64,000 nt of DNA from Novosphingobium sp. (GCA_031372185.1 JANMKT010000029.1:9010-73009); one strand, 5' to 3'; shown: positions 1 to 9,714, counted from the first letter of the stretch. A program made the numbers and translations. The notes: generated by a model from the letters alone, not told the origin.

Positions 1-1
1 C

Positions 2-415
2 CTCTCGCTCTATGGCGGGGTTCCGCGCGCGGAACTGGCCAGCGAATTGCGGCAGGTCGCCTTTCCCGAAGCAGCGATCATGCAAATCCGCGAGCTTCGG
101 GCGGGAGATAGCGTGGGCTATAACTCGACCTACACCGCCACTGCACCAGTGCGGGCCGGGGTCGTAAGCATTGGCTACGCGGATGGCTATCTGCGTTGCT
201 GGTCGGGTAAGGGGATGCTCCACTCGGGCGGAAGGCCGCTGCCCGTGCTTGGCCGGGTCTCGATGGACATGACCGTGATCGACCTTGCCGCCGCCCCCGA
301 ACTCAGTGAAGGCGATTGGGTCTCGCTCGACTATGCGTTACCGGAAGCGTCTGCAGCAAGCGGGCTGTCCCAGTATGAGTTGCTGACTCTGCTGGGCCGC
401 CGCTTTGGGCGCTGA
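2..415 (+). CDS. alr: alanine racemase, C-terminal part (5'-truncated by the window edge)
   Basis: Frame open from base 2 (LSLYGG...); motifs GDSVGYNSTY, IGYADGY and GRVSMDM of the Alr C-terminal domain. Confidence 0.9.
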   Translation, partial: LSLYGGVPRAELASELRQVAFPEAAIMQIRELRAGDSVGYNSTYTATAPVRAGVVSIGYADGYLRCWSGKGMLHSGGRPLPVLGRVSMDMTVIDLAAAPELSEGDWVSLDYALPEASAASGLSQYELLTLLGRRFGR

Positions 416-511
416 TCGGCAGTTTTTGCTGCGCAGCAAAGCCGTTGTTGCGTTGCCGTTGTTGCAAGTGCTAATAAGCTACCAATCGACACAATCCCCA
501 AAGGCAAATAG

Positions 512-1072
512 ATGAGCAAGAGTAGCGAAGCAAACGGTAAGGGCGATACCGTGATTATCAAGAAATACGCTAACCGGCGGCTCTACAATACGCAGTCGTC
601 AACCTATATCACGCTTGATCATCTCGCAAAGATGACCCGTGAGGGGACTGATTTCAAAGTGCTCGACGCCAAGACCGGGGCAGAGATCACGCACCAGATC
701 CTGACCCAGATCATCATGGAAGAGGAATCGACCACGGGCGAGCAGATGCTCCCGGTGAACTTCCTGCGCCAGTTGATCTCGATGTATGGCAATTCCATGC
801 AAGCGCTGGTCCCGCATTACCTTGAAGCCTCGATGGACAATTTCCGGACCAACCAGCAGAAGCTGCGCCAAGCGTTTGAAGACAGTCTGGGCAACAACCC
901 GCTGGCCAAGCTGGCTCAGCAAAATCTGGCGATGTTCAAGGCGGCCGCTTCTGCCTTCCTTCCCGGAGGAACCGAAGACAAGAAAGATGCCGCCGCCCAG
1001 AAGAGCGAGATTGCAGCCCTGCGCTCCCAGATGGCCGAAATGCAGAAGAAGCTCGACGCGCTGAGCAAGTAA
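512..1072 (+). CDS. phaR: polyhydroxyalkanoate synthesis repressor PhaR
   Basis: IIKKYANRRLYNT...YITL DNA-binding motif; QMLPVNFLRQLI. Confidence 0.95.
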   Translation: MSKSSEANGKGDTVIIKKYANRRLYNTQSSTYITLDHLAKMTREGTDFKVLDAKTGAEITHQILTQIIMEEESTTGEQMLPVNFLRQLISMYGNSMQALVPHYLEASMDNFRTNQQKLRQAFEDSLGNNPLAKLAQQNLAMFKAAASAFLPGGTEDKKDAAAQKSEIAALRSQMAEMQKKLDALSK

Positions 1073-1127
1073 CGCCGGGCCGAAGTGGCCTCGTCATATC
1101 ACCCTGATCAATTGAAGGCGATTTTCC

Positions 1128-2663
1128 GTGTCCGCTATTCGTCACGCCCTGTCCGTAACACGCGATGCGGACTTTGCCCTGTGGTATCAGGAAGTCATCT
1201 CCGAAGCCGAAATGGCCGAAGAATCTGGTGTGCGTGGCTGCATGGTGATCCGGCCCTGGGGCTATGGCATCTGGGAGCGGATTCAGGCGCTGATGGATGC
1301 CCGGATCAAGGCGGCGGGAGTTGAGAACTGCTATTTCCCGCTGTTCATCCCGCTCAGCTTCTTTGCCAAAGAGGCAGAGCATGTTGAGGGTTTCGCCAAA
1401 GAAATGGCAGTCGTCACCCATCACCGGTTGATTGGTGACGGGAAGGGCGGACTGGTCCCCGATCCCGAGGCGAAGCTGGAAGAACCGCTGATCGTCCGCC
1501 CGACGTCCGAAACCGTGATCGGTCAGGCGATGAGCCGCTGGATCCAGAGCTGGCGCGATCTGCCGATGCTGACCAACCAATGGGCCAACGTCGTCCGCTG
1601 GGAAATGCGCACGCGGATGTTCCTGCGGACCAGCGAGTTTCTCTGGCAGGAGGGCCACACCGCCCACGCTGACCAGAGCGATGCGATGGAAGAAACGCTG
1701 CGCGCGCTGGAGATGTACCGCTCCTTCTCGGAAGAAGCGCTGGCCATGCCGGTCATCGCCGGCGAAAAGCCCGAGAATGAGCGCTTCCCCGGTGCGGTCG
1801 CAACCTATTCGATCGAAGCGATGATGCAGGACGGCAAGGCATTGCAGGCCGGTACGTCGCATTATCTGGGCACGGGTTTCGCCGAGGCGGCGGGCATCCG
1901 TTATCAGGACAAGGAAGGCCAGCAGGCGCTGTGCCACACCACCAGCTGGGGGGTTTCAACGCGGCTCATCGGCGGCGTCATCATGACCCACGGCGATGAT
2001 GATGGCTTGCGGGTTCCGCCGGCGATTGCGCCGCACCAGATCGTGATCCTGCCGATGCTGCGCGACGGTGATGGCGATGCGGCGCTGCTGGCCTATTGCG
2101 CTGAAATCCGCGCTGAGCTCATCAAGCAATCCACGCTTGGCGAGCCGATCCGCGTGTTGCTCGACAAGCGCGCCGGCAAGGCCACCCAAAAGCGCTGGGG
2201 CTGGGTCAAGAAGGGCGTGCCGCTGATCCTGGAAATCGGCGGACGCGATGCGGCAAGCGGCCAGGTTTCAGTACTGCGCCGCGACCGGCTGTGGCGCGAT
2301 GATGCCAAGCCCAACTTTGTCGGGCAGGGCAGGGAAGAATTCCTCGGCTCGGCCGCCGGTGAGCTTGAGGATGTGCAGGCCTCGCTCCATACTGAGGCAA
2401 AGAACCGCCTCGACACAAACATTGCCCGCGACGTCACCGATCTTGCCGCGCATTTCACGGGCGGTGAGAATAAATTCGTCGGCTGGGCAGAAGTCCAATG
2501 GTCGCGACCGACAGGCACGACACTCATCAAGATCGTCGAGCAGTTGAAAGCCCTCAAACTCACCATGCGCAACACCCCATTGGATACCGCGCCTGCGGAT
2601 GGAGTGTGCTTCTTCACAGGCGAGAAGGCAGTTGAGCGGGTGCTGGTGGGGCGAACTTATTGA
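1128..2663 (+). CDS. proS: proline--tRNA ligase (archaeal/eukaryotic-like type)
   Basis: RPWGYGIWE, RPTSET, RTSEFLWQEGHT, QAGTSHYLG; no large INS editing insertion. Confidence 0.95.
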   Translation: MSAIRHALSVTRDADFALWYQEVISEAEMAEESGVRGCMVIRPWGYGIWERIQALMDARIKAAGVENCYFPLFIPLSFFAKEAEHVEGFAKEMAVVTHHRLIGDGKGGLVPDPEAKLEEPLIVRPTSETVIGQAMSRWIQSWRDLPMLTNQWANVVRWEMRTRMFLRTSEFLWQEGHTAHADQSDAMEETLRALEMYRSFSEEALAMPVIAGEKPENERFPGAVATYSIEAMMQDGKALQAGTSHYLGTGFAEAAGIRYQDKEGQQALCHTTSWGVSTRLIGGVIMTHGDDDGLRVPPAIAPHQIVILPMLRDGDGDAALLAYCAEIRAELIKQSTLGEPIRVLLDKRAGKATQKRWGWVKKGVPLILEIGGRDAASGQVSVLRRDRLWRDDAKPNFVGQGREEFLGSAAGELEDVQASLHTEAKNRLDTNIARDVTDLAAHFTGGENKFVGWAEVQWSRPTGTTLIKIVEQLKALKLTMRNTPLDTAPADGVCFFTGEKAVERVLVGRTY

Positions 2664-2758
2664 GGAACTCAAGATGTCGCAAACCGCAATCCAGACTGTG
2701 CGAATTGCAATTGTTACTGAAACACACTATATTCGCGTAACACCAAGCAAGGCCGATC

Positions 2759-3001
2759 ATGGGCAAGCACGAAACCATCAAGCCAAGCAGCACCGAGCGG
2801 GTGCGCAAACACCGCGCCGAAATGCGCGCCAAGGGCTATCGGCTTAAGCAGGTGTGGGTACGGGACAGGAACGATCCTGCGTATATAGCTGAGATTGAGC
2901 GCTCGAATCGGATCATAAACGAATTTGAGCGAAAGCATCCCGAAGAAGCAGGCTGGATGGATGAATTTGTCGCGCGCGCATGGAATGACCTGCCGGATTG
3001 A
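2759..3001 (+). CDS. antitoxin, MazE-like (DUF3018-type)
   Basis: 80 aa, RVRKHRAEMRAKGYRLKQVWVRD; stop overlaps the toxin start (TGATG). Confidence 0.75.
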   Translation: MGKHETIKPSSTERVRKHRAEMRAKGYRLKQVWVRDRNDPAYIAEIERSNRIINEFERKHPEEAGWMDEFVARAWNDLPD

Positions 3002-3330
3002 TGGCTGCGCGAGGAACGGTCCTGATCGTATCTACTGGAGGCGGGTTTCGTGCCAAGCCGCGCCCTGCGGTTGTCATTCAGGACTCGCGATACGAATTTG
3101 CCGAGACGATCATCGTGGTTCCGCTCACAAGCTTTGAAATCGACGAAGATCCGGCGATGCCGCTCTTTCTTCCCGACGGCGGAAACGGTCTTGCGGAAGC
3201 AAGTCGATTCATGACTCAAAGGATGGGTGCGATTCCAAAGTCTGATGTTGGACGCGTTATTGGCGTTCTGTCGGAGGAAGACCTGGAACGGGTCGATCTC
3301 GCTCTCCAAATGGTGCTTGGCTTGGGCTAA
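3001..3330 (+). CDS. PemK/MazF-family toxin
   Basis: RG..V....KPRPAVVIQD....IVVPLTS pattern of PemK-like endoribonucleases. Confidence 0.88.
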   Translation: MAARGTVLIVSTGGGFRAKPRPAVVIQDSRYEFAETIIVVPLTSFEIDEDPAMPLFLPDGGNGLAEASRFMTQRMGAIPKSDVGRVIGVLSEEDLERVDLALQMVLGLG

Positions 3331-3376
3331 CCAAAGCCGCTGGCGTGAGGCTGCACGACCGGCTACCGGATATTGC

Positions 3377-5617
3377 ATGCCCAAACCCCAGCCTGGCCTG
3401 CCCAGCCCCAAACAGATCCTCGAATTCGTCGCCAGCTCTCCCACGCCCGCAGGCAAGCGCGAGATTGCCCGTCATTTCGGCCTCAAAGGGCAAGAGAAGA
3501 TCGCGCTCAAGGCGCTGCTCCGCGATATGACCGATGAGGGCCTGATCGACGGCGAAAAGCGGGCGTTCCACCGGATGGGCGGAGTGCCCAAGGTCACCGT
3601 ATTGCGGGTAATGGTGATCGAGGACGGCGAGGCCTTCGCCATCCCCGACAATTGGTCACCCGATGATGCCAGCCCTCCGCTGCGGCTGCGGCTGGTCGAA
3701 AAGGGTAGCCGCAGCGCGCTCAAAGTGGGCGACCGGGTGCTCGCCCGGACCGAGGAAGCGGGCGCCGGGTGGCGCGCGTTCCCGATGAAAAAGCTGCCCG
3801 CCAGCGAAGAGCAATTGCTCGGAGTGGTGGAAATTGACGGAGCGGGGAAGGGCTGGCTGGCTCCGGTCGACAAGCGGGTCCGCAACGCCTCGCCGATTGT
3901 CGATCTGGGCGGAGCGGAAGCGGGCAATCTGGTGCTGGCTGAACCTGCCGGGCGCTCGACCCGCGCAGGGGTCAAGGTCACTCAGATCCTCGGCGATCCG
4001 CTCGCGCCGCGCGCCTTCAGCCTGATTGCAATCCACAAGTACGGCATTCCCAATAGCTTCGACGAAGAAACGCTGGACGAGGCGGTGCTTGCTGCCAAAC
4101 TGCCATTGAGCGCCGAAAAGCGCGAGGATTTGCGCCACCTCCCGATTGTCGCGATCGATCCCAGCGATGCGCGCGATCATGACGATGCGATCTGGGCTGA
4201 GCCCGATGACGCGGGCGGTTTCCGGGCGCTGGTGGCCATCGCCGACGTCTCGTTTTATGTCCGCCCCGGCAGCCTGGTAGACCGGGAGGCGCGCAAACGC
4301 GGCAATTCGGTTTATTTTCCGGACCGGGTCGTGCCGATGCTGCCCGAAGTGCTGAGCGCCGATGTCTGCAGCCTGCGGGCCGGTGAGGACCGGGCGGCAA
4401 TGGCCTGCCATCTGGCAATCGATGCCGATGGCCAGGTGACGTCGTGGCGCTTCACCCGCGCCATCGTCCGGATCGCCGAAGTGATTGCCTATGAAGAAGC
4501 GCAAAAGCGGATTAATGAGGGGACAGCAGGGACAAGCTTGCAGAACCTGTGGGCCGCCTGGCGCGTGCTGGCTGCGGCCCGCGCTGCCCGTGATCCGCTC
4601 GACCTTGACCTGCCCGAGCGCCGGGTGATGCTGGATCAGCAGGGCCGGATTACCGAAATTGCCTTGCGCGAGAGGTTGGATGCGCACCGTGTGGTCGAGG
4701 ATTTCATGATTTCCGCCAATGTTGCGGCTGCCAAAGCGCTGGAAAGCAAGCTCGCGCCAGTGGTTTACCGAATCCACGAACCGCCGAGCCGGGAAAAGCT
4801 GGTTGCGCTGAAGGATTACCTCGCCAGCTTCGAGCGCAAGTTCGCACTGGGTCAGGTCATCACCCCCAGCCTATTCAACCGACTTCTCAAGGATGTCATC
4901 GATGATACTGAAAAGGCGCTGATCATGGAGGCGGTTCTGCGCAGCCAGACTCAGGCCTACTACGGACCGAGCAATGCCGGACATTTCGGATTAGCGCTGG
5001 CCAGCTACGCCCATTTCACCTCGCCAATCCGCCGTTATGCCGATCTTCTGGTTCACCGCGCGCTGGTCGATGCCTTCCACCTAGAACAGCCGGCACCACA
5101 AAACGGACTTCCCGCAGCCTCAGGCCTGTCGAGCCGCGACCGCGAAGATCTGGGCAAGGTCAGCGAAGCGATCAGCGCAACTGAGCGCCGCGCGATGATG
5201 GCTGAGCGCGAGACGACCGACCGTTATGTCGCCGCCTGGCTATCCGCCCGCGTGGGTGAGGTTTTTGCGACCCGGATCACCGGGGTCCAGAAATTCGGCT
5301 TTTTCGCCACCATCATTGGCCTTGGCGGTGATGGGCTGGTCCCGGTTTCAACGCTTGGTGCCGAGCGGTTTTCCTATGATGAAAGCGCCCAAGTGCTGAG
5401 CGGCGAGCAGAGCGGCACCAGCTATGCCATGGGTATGATCGTCCGCCTGCGTCTGGCCGAGGCCAATGCGCTGACCGGCGCGTTGAAGTTCGAGCTGGAA
5501 CAAGGCGGGAGCAGCAGGATCGAGCCGCGCGGCACCCGGCCTGTGAAACCGGGCAAACACATGGTCGGCAAGCGCGGTCGTCCCGGCAATATGCGGCACT
5601 CGAACCGCAAGAAATGA
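3377..5617 (+). CDS. rnr: ribonuclease R family exoribonuclease
   Basis: RNB motifs DPSDARDHDDA and HFTSPIRRYADL; C-terminal S1 domain; ATG at 3377 chosen over the upstream in-frame extension. Confidence 0.9.
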   Translation: MPKPQPGLPSPKQILEFVASSPTPAGKREIARHFGLKGQEKIALKALLRDMTDEGLIDGEKRAFHRMGGVPKVTVLRVMVIEDGEAFAIPDNWSPDDASPPLRLRLVEKGSRSALKVGDRVLARTEEAGAGWRAFPMKKLPASEEQLLGVVEIDGAGKGWLAPVDKRVRNASPIVDLGGAEAGNLVLAEPAGRSTRAGVKVTQILGDPLAPRAFSLIAIHKYGIPNSFDEETLDEAVLAAKLPLSAEKREDLRHLPIVAIDPSDARDHDDAIWAEPDDAGGFRALVAIADVSFYVRPGSLVDREARKRGNSVYFPDRVVPMLPEVLSADVCSLRAGEDRAAMACHLAIDADGQVTSWRFTRAIVRIAEVIAYEEAQKRINEGTAGTSLQNLWAAWRVLAAARAARDPLDLDLPERRVMLDQQGRITEIALRERLDAHRVVEDFMISANVAAAKALESKLAPVVYRIHEPPSREKLVALKDYLASFERKFALGQVITPSLFNRLLKDVIDDTEKALIMEAVLRSQTQAYYGPSNAGHFGLALASYAHFTSPIRRYADLLVHRALVDAFHLEQPAPQNGLPAASGLSSRDREDLGKVSEAISATERRAMMAERETTDRYVAAWLSARVGEVFATRITGVQKFGFFATIIGLGGDGLVPVSTLGAERFSYDESAQVLSGEQSGTSYAMGMIVRLRLAEANALTGALKFELEQGGSSRIEPRGTRPVKPGKHMVGKRGRPGNMRHSNRKK

Positions 5618-5620
5618 GAT

Positions 5621-5712
5621 CCGTCGTCCCCGGCTTGACCGGGGGACCGCTGGCCTCATCTACGCAAGGTCGGATCGACGAGGCCAGCGGTCCCGGATCG
5701 AGTCCGGGACGA
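5621..5712. repeat. CGTC-type palindromic REP-like element between convergent rnr and usp
   Basis: Ends tcgtccc/gggacga; central stem ggaccgctggcctc/gaggccagcggtcc; two terminal hairpins; shares 27 identical nt with a pdhC coding segment. Confidence 0.85.
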
Positions 5713-5715
5713 AGA

Positions 5716-6168
5716 TCAACTCAACCGTTCGAGATCCGCATCACTCATCCTGCCGGGGATGATGTAGAGCGGGCAGGGGAGTTGTCCCACTGCGGAGCTG
5801 AAATGCGTGACCAGAGGGCCGGGGCCGCCTTCTGATGCAGCGCCCAGCACCAGCGCGGAAACTTCCGGATGTTCGGCCAGATACTCGCGGATCACCTTTT
5901 CGCCCTCGCCATGGCGGACCGATATCACCGGCATCTGCCCGCTTTCGCTCAGCAAGCTGCCCGCGGCACTGGTCACCAGCGTCTCGGCCCGGGCGTGGGC
6001 TTCTGCCTCAATCGTCGCCTGTACTCCGCCAAAGGCGACGAACGGCTGGCGCGGGATCAGCGCCAGCAGATGCACCGCGCCGCCGGTGCGCGCGGCGCGG
6101 CTGGCAGCGAAGCGCAATCCAACGCTCGCCTCTTCAGTCTCGTCCATGATTACCAGATAGACGCGCAT
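5716..6168 (-). CDS. universal stress protein family
   Basis: 150 aa; YLVIMDETEEASVGLRFA...LVLGA...GPGPL. Confidence 0.8.
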   Translation of the reverse strand: MRVYLVIMDETEEASVGLRFAASRAARTGGAVHLLALIPRQPFVAFGGVQATIEAEAHARAETLVTSAAGSLLSESGQMPVISVRHGEGEKVIREYLAEHPEVSALVLGAASEGGPGPLVTHFSSAVGQLPCPLYIIPGRMSDADLERLS

Positions 6169-6296
6169 CGTCCGGACCCCTCACGGCCCAGCTATCCGCT
6201 GAAAACGTATTCTGCGCAAGAACCTTGCCCCGCGCCGTCATTTTGGCCAGAGACTGAACCGGTATATTGTGCCTGAACAGAACCGGACCTGCACCC

Positions 6297-7535
6297 ATGC
6301 CGATCGAAATCAAGATGCCCGCGCTGTCCCCCACCATGGAAGAGGGGACGCTGGCCAAATGGCTGGTCAAGGTGGGCGACAAGGTGCTGTCGGGCGACAT
6401 CATGGCCGAGATCGAAACCGACAAGGCGACAATGGAATTCGAGGCGGTCGATGAAGGCGTGATCATCGCGATTGCAGTGAGCGAGGGTAGCGAAGGCGTG
6501 AAGGTTGGCACGGTGATCGCCACGCTGGCGGGAGAGGATGAGGATGCGAGCGCAGCACCTGCGCCCAAGGCCGCGCCCGTCGTCCCCGCGAAGGCGGGGA
6601 CCGCTGGCCTCGTCGATCCGACCCCTGCGCCCAGCGCCCAGCGGCCGGAGGCGACGAATGATAGTCGCGTCATCGCCTCGCCGCTGGCCAAGCGGATTGC
6701 TGCGGAGCGCGGGATTGATCTGGCAGGCGTGACAGGCACCGGCCCGGGCGGGCGGATCGTCAAGGCGGACGTTGTGGAAGCAAGGCCGGTGGCAGCCGCT
6801 TCGACAGTGGCCGCGACCACTTCAGCCCCAACACCGGACTTCGGTATTCCCTATGAGGCGGAAAAACTCAACAACATCCGAAAAATCATCGCCCGCCGCC
6901 TGACCGAGGCCAAGCAGACGATTCCGCACATTTACCTCACCGTCGATGTCCGGCTCGATGCGCTGCTCAAACTGCGCGCCGAACTTAACAAGGCACTTGA
7001 AGCACAGGGTGTAAAGCTCTCGGTCAATGACCTTCTGATCAAGGCACTGGGCAAGGCGCTGCTGCTGGTGCCCCAGTGCAATGTCAGCTTTGCAGGCGAC
7101 GAGCTGCGCAAATATGCCCGCGCCGACATCTCGGTGGCGGTGGCTGCGCCATCGGGCCTGATCACGCCGATCATCGTTGATGCCGCCAACAAGTCCGTTT
7201 CGCAAATATCGAGGGAAATGAAAGCACTGGCCGACAAGGCCCGCGAAGGCAAGTTGCAGCCGCATGAGTATCAGGGCGGCACCGCCAGCCTGTCCAACCT
7301 CGGCATGTTCGGGATCAAGCAATTCGATGCGGTGATCAACCCGCCACAGGGCATGATCATGGCAGTCGGCGCGGGCGAGAAGCGGCCCTATGTGGTCGAT
7401 GATGCGCTCGCCATCGCCACCGTGATGAGCGCCACCGGCAGCTTCGATCACCGCGCGATCGACGGCGCAGACGGCGCGGCGCTAATGCAAGCGTTCAAGG
7501 GACTGGTTGAGATGCCTTTGGGCTTGGTGGCGTAA
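6297..7535 (+). CDS. pdhC: pyruvate dehydrogenase E2 dihydrolipoamide acetyltransferase
   Basis: Lipoyl domain (ETDKATME), E3-binding ASPLAKRIA, catalytic DHRAIDG. Confidence 0.95.
   Translation: MPIEIKMPALSPTMEEGTLAKWLVKVGDKVLSGDIMAEIETDKATMEFEAVDEGVIIAIAVSEGSEGVKVGTVIATLAGEDEDASAAPAPKAAPVVPAKAGTAGLVDPTPAPSAQRPEATNDSRVIASPLAKRIAAERGIDLAGVTGTGPGGRIVKADVVEARPVAAASTVAATTSAPTPDFGIPYEAEKLNNIRKIIARRLTEAKQTIPHIYLTVDVRLDALLKLRAELNKALEAQGVKLSVNDLLIKALGKALLLVPQCNVSFAGDELRKYARADISVAVAAPSGLITPIIVDAANKSVSQISREMKALADKAREGKLQPHEYQGGTASLSNLGMFGIKQFDAVINPPQGMIMAVGAGEKRPYVVDDALAIATVMSATGSFDHRAIDGADGAALMQAFKGLVEMPLGLVA
6577..6657 (+). repeat. in-frame palindromic REP-like element inside the pdhC linker
   Basis: ccgtc-gtccccgc-gaag-gcggggac hairpin; gggaccgctggcctcgtcgatccgacc identical to the reverse complement of the 5621-5712 element; ends in gacga. 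Confidence 0.85.
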
Positions 7536-7536
7536 G

Positions 7537-8949
7537 ATGTCTGGCCCATATGATCTCATCGTTCTCGGTTCAGGCCCTGGCGGCTATGTTGCGGCGATCC
7601 GGGCTTCGCAGCTTGGGTTGAAGGTGGCGATTGTCGAGCGCGAGCTGATTGGCGGGATCTGCCTCAACTGGGGCTGCATTCCGACCAAGGCGCTGCTGCG
7701 TTCGGCTGAAATCTTCCACTACATGAAGCACGCCAAGGATTACGGGCTGACAGCGCAGGGTATCAGCGCCGATTTGGAGGCGGTGGTCAAGCGGAGTCGG
7801 GGCGTGGCCAAGCAGCTCAATCAGGGGGTTACCCACCTGATGAAGAAGAACAAGATCGCCGTGCATATGGGCGAGGGCCGGCTGCTCGCGCCCGGTAAGC
7901 TTGAAGTCAAGAACGACAAGGGAACCGAAACCCTCAGCGCCAAGCATATCATCGTCGCCACCGGAGCCCGCGCGCGCGATCTGCCGTTCGCCAAAGCCGA
8001 CGGCAAACGCATCTGGACCTATCGCCACGCCATGACCCCGGCCGAACTGCCGAGCAAGCTGCTGGTGATCGGATCGGGCGCAATCGGAATTGAGTTTGCC
8101 AGCTTCTACAATGATATGGGTGCCGAAGTTACCGTTGTTGAAATGCTCGACCGGATCGTTCCGGTCGAGGACGCTGACGTTTCCGCCTTCCTCGAAAAAT
8201 CGCTCAAGAAGCAGGGCATGACCATTCTGACCGGGGCCGGGGTTGCAAAGATCGACGTCACGACCTCGGGTATCAAAGCGGCGATCAAGGGCAAGGACGG
8301 CAAGGTCACCGAGAGCGAGTTCAGCCATGTGATCGTCGCCGTCGGGATTGCTCCAAACACTAAGAACATTGGCCTCGAAACGCTTGGTATTAAAGCCGAA
8401 CGCGGGATCATCGCGATCGACGGGATGGGCCGCACCAATGTTCACGGGATCTGGGCAATTGGCGACGTCACCCCCGGCCCGTGGCTTGCCCACAAGGCCA
8501 GCCACGAAGGCGTGATCGCGGCCGAGGCGATTGCCCAGGCGCTGGGCGATACGGAGGTGCATCCGCACGCCATGGACAAAAACAACATCCCCGGCTGCAC
8601 CTATTGCCACCCGCAGGTAGCCAGCGTCGGCCTGACCGAGGCCAAGGCGAAGGAAGCCGGATACGCCGTCAAGGCCGGAACCTTCCCGTTCATCGGCAAT
8701 GGCAAAGCGATCGCGCTGGGCGAGGCCGAGGGCTTCATCAAGACCGTGTTCGATGCCAAAACCGGCGAATTGCTGGGCGCGCATATGGTCGGCGCCGAAG
8801 TGACCGAGCTAATCCAGGGCTATGTCGTGGGCAAAACGCTGGAAACCACCGAGGCTGAACTGATGGCCACGGTGTTCCCGCATCCGACATTGTCTGAAAT
8901 GATGCATGAATCGGTGCTGGCCGCTTATGGGCGGGCACTGCACATTTAG
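7537..8949 (+). CDS. lpdA: dihydrolipoyl dehydrogenase (E3)
   Basis: GSGPGGYVAA, GGICLNWGCIPTK redox disulfide, HPTLSE. Confidence 0.96.
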   Translation: MSGPYDLIVLGSGPGGYVAAIRASQLGLKVAIVERELIGGICLNWGCIPTKALLRSAEIFHYMKHAKDYGLTAQGISADLEAVVKRSRGVAKQLNQGVTHLMKKNKIAVHMGEGRLLAPGKLEVKNDKGTETLSAKHIIVATGARARDLPFAKADGKRIWTYRHAMTPAELPSKLLVIGSGAIGIEFASFYNDMGAEVTVVEMLDRIVPVEDADVSAFLEKSLKKQGMTILTGAGVAKIDVTTSGIKAAIKGKDGKVTESEFSHVIVAVGIAPNTKNIGLETLGIKAERGIIAIDGMGRTNVHGIWAIGDVTPGPWLAHKASHEGVIAAEAIAQALGDTEVHPHAMDKNNIPGCTYCHPQVASVGLTEAKAKEAGYAVKAGTFPFIGNGKAIALGEAEGFIKTVFDAKTGELLGAHMVGAEVTELIQGYVVGKTLETTEAELMATVFPHPTLSEMMHESVLAAYGRALHI

Positions 8950-8950
8950 G

Positions 8951-9057
8951 CTAGAGCGTGATGCGAAAAAGGTGGGAACCGGTTTTTCGTAATAAATCAC
9001 GCGACAACAAAGAATTATAGAGCATGATGCGATTCAGTTTTATCGCATCATGCTCTA
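8951..9057. repeat. CIR/RIME/Bru-RS-like alphaproteobacterial intergenic repeat
   Basis: tagagcgtgatgcgaaaaa...gaaccggtttttcg...atcacgc arm, then a perfect 16-bp IR (tagagcatgatgcgat 9018-9033 / atcgcatcatgctcta 9042-9057) with GANTC at 9031-9035; lies between convergent genes. Confidence 0.8.
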
Positions 9058-9066
9058 ATGGGCGGA

Positions 9067-9408
9067 TTAACTGTTTTGCGGTCCGGCAATCAAGGCTTGT
9101 CGGACAATGTTTTCGAACACGGCAATATGCAGTGGTGCGTCGAATTTGCAGCCGAACGAACGTCCCTCGTGCCAGCAAATGTTGGCTTTCAGGACTTGCA
9201 GGCCCGGGATCTTGATCCATAGCGGCTTGTCCGGGCTGCCATTTGGCAGCCAGGCAATCCGAAAGCCTTGCTCGGAAATGTCCTCCAGTCTGATCATTGC
9301 CCACGGGCGCGTCGTACCTTGCCGCACTTCGCAAAACAGCGTTACCTCTGATCGACCTGACCGGTCGGAATCATCGCCTGAATCTGCGATGAAAGTTTGA
9401 CGCTTCAA
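9067..9408 (-). CDS. PilZ domain protein
   Basis: DRSGR followed by LEDISEQGFRI (DxSxxG), ending GCKFDAPL. Confidence 0.75.
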   Translation of the reverse strand: MKRQTFIADSGDDSDRSGRSEVTLFCEVRQGTTRPWAMIRLEDISEQGFRIAWLPNGSPDKPLWIKIPGLQVLKANICWHEGRSFGCKFDAPLHIAVFENIVRQALIAGPQNS

Positions 9409-9714
9409 TTTGACCCCCTTTTTTCAGTCGTATTAGCGGCGGGGTGTTTCCAATCGGTTAGCGACTTTGGCCCTTTTGAAAAATATCCGTCGGACTGCTG
9501 GTTTGGTGAAGCTAGGGCGAGGTGATTGAGGCTATCTGCCACAGGCCAGATATCTCGAAGCAATTTTTTGCCTATGGCGCGCCGAATAGGCCGGGTTATA
9601 GACTTTGCCGAACCAATCCGTTTAACCGCCGATCTCTCCGCCCGGCAGTTGCGTTGGCGGAGTCCGGCCGCCAGACACTGGTTCAATTTTGCTCGCTCCG
9701 GGTAGGAACATCGA

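Noticed and set aside
3227-3376. 50-aa N-terminal extension of RNase R from the ORF track (similarly for pdhC, lpdA, trmFO, hfq, lipA, grxC)
   Set aside because: These extensions overlap neighbouring genes or intergenic DNA and lack family similarity; downstream ATGs fit the known N-termini.
5614-5835. 73-aa plus-strand ORF after rnr
   Set aside because: It is the translation of the palindromic repeat plus the antisense strand of usp.
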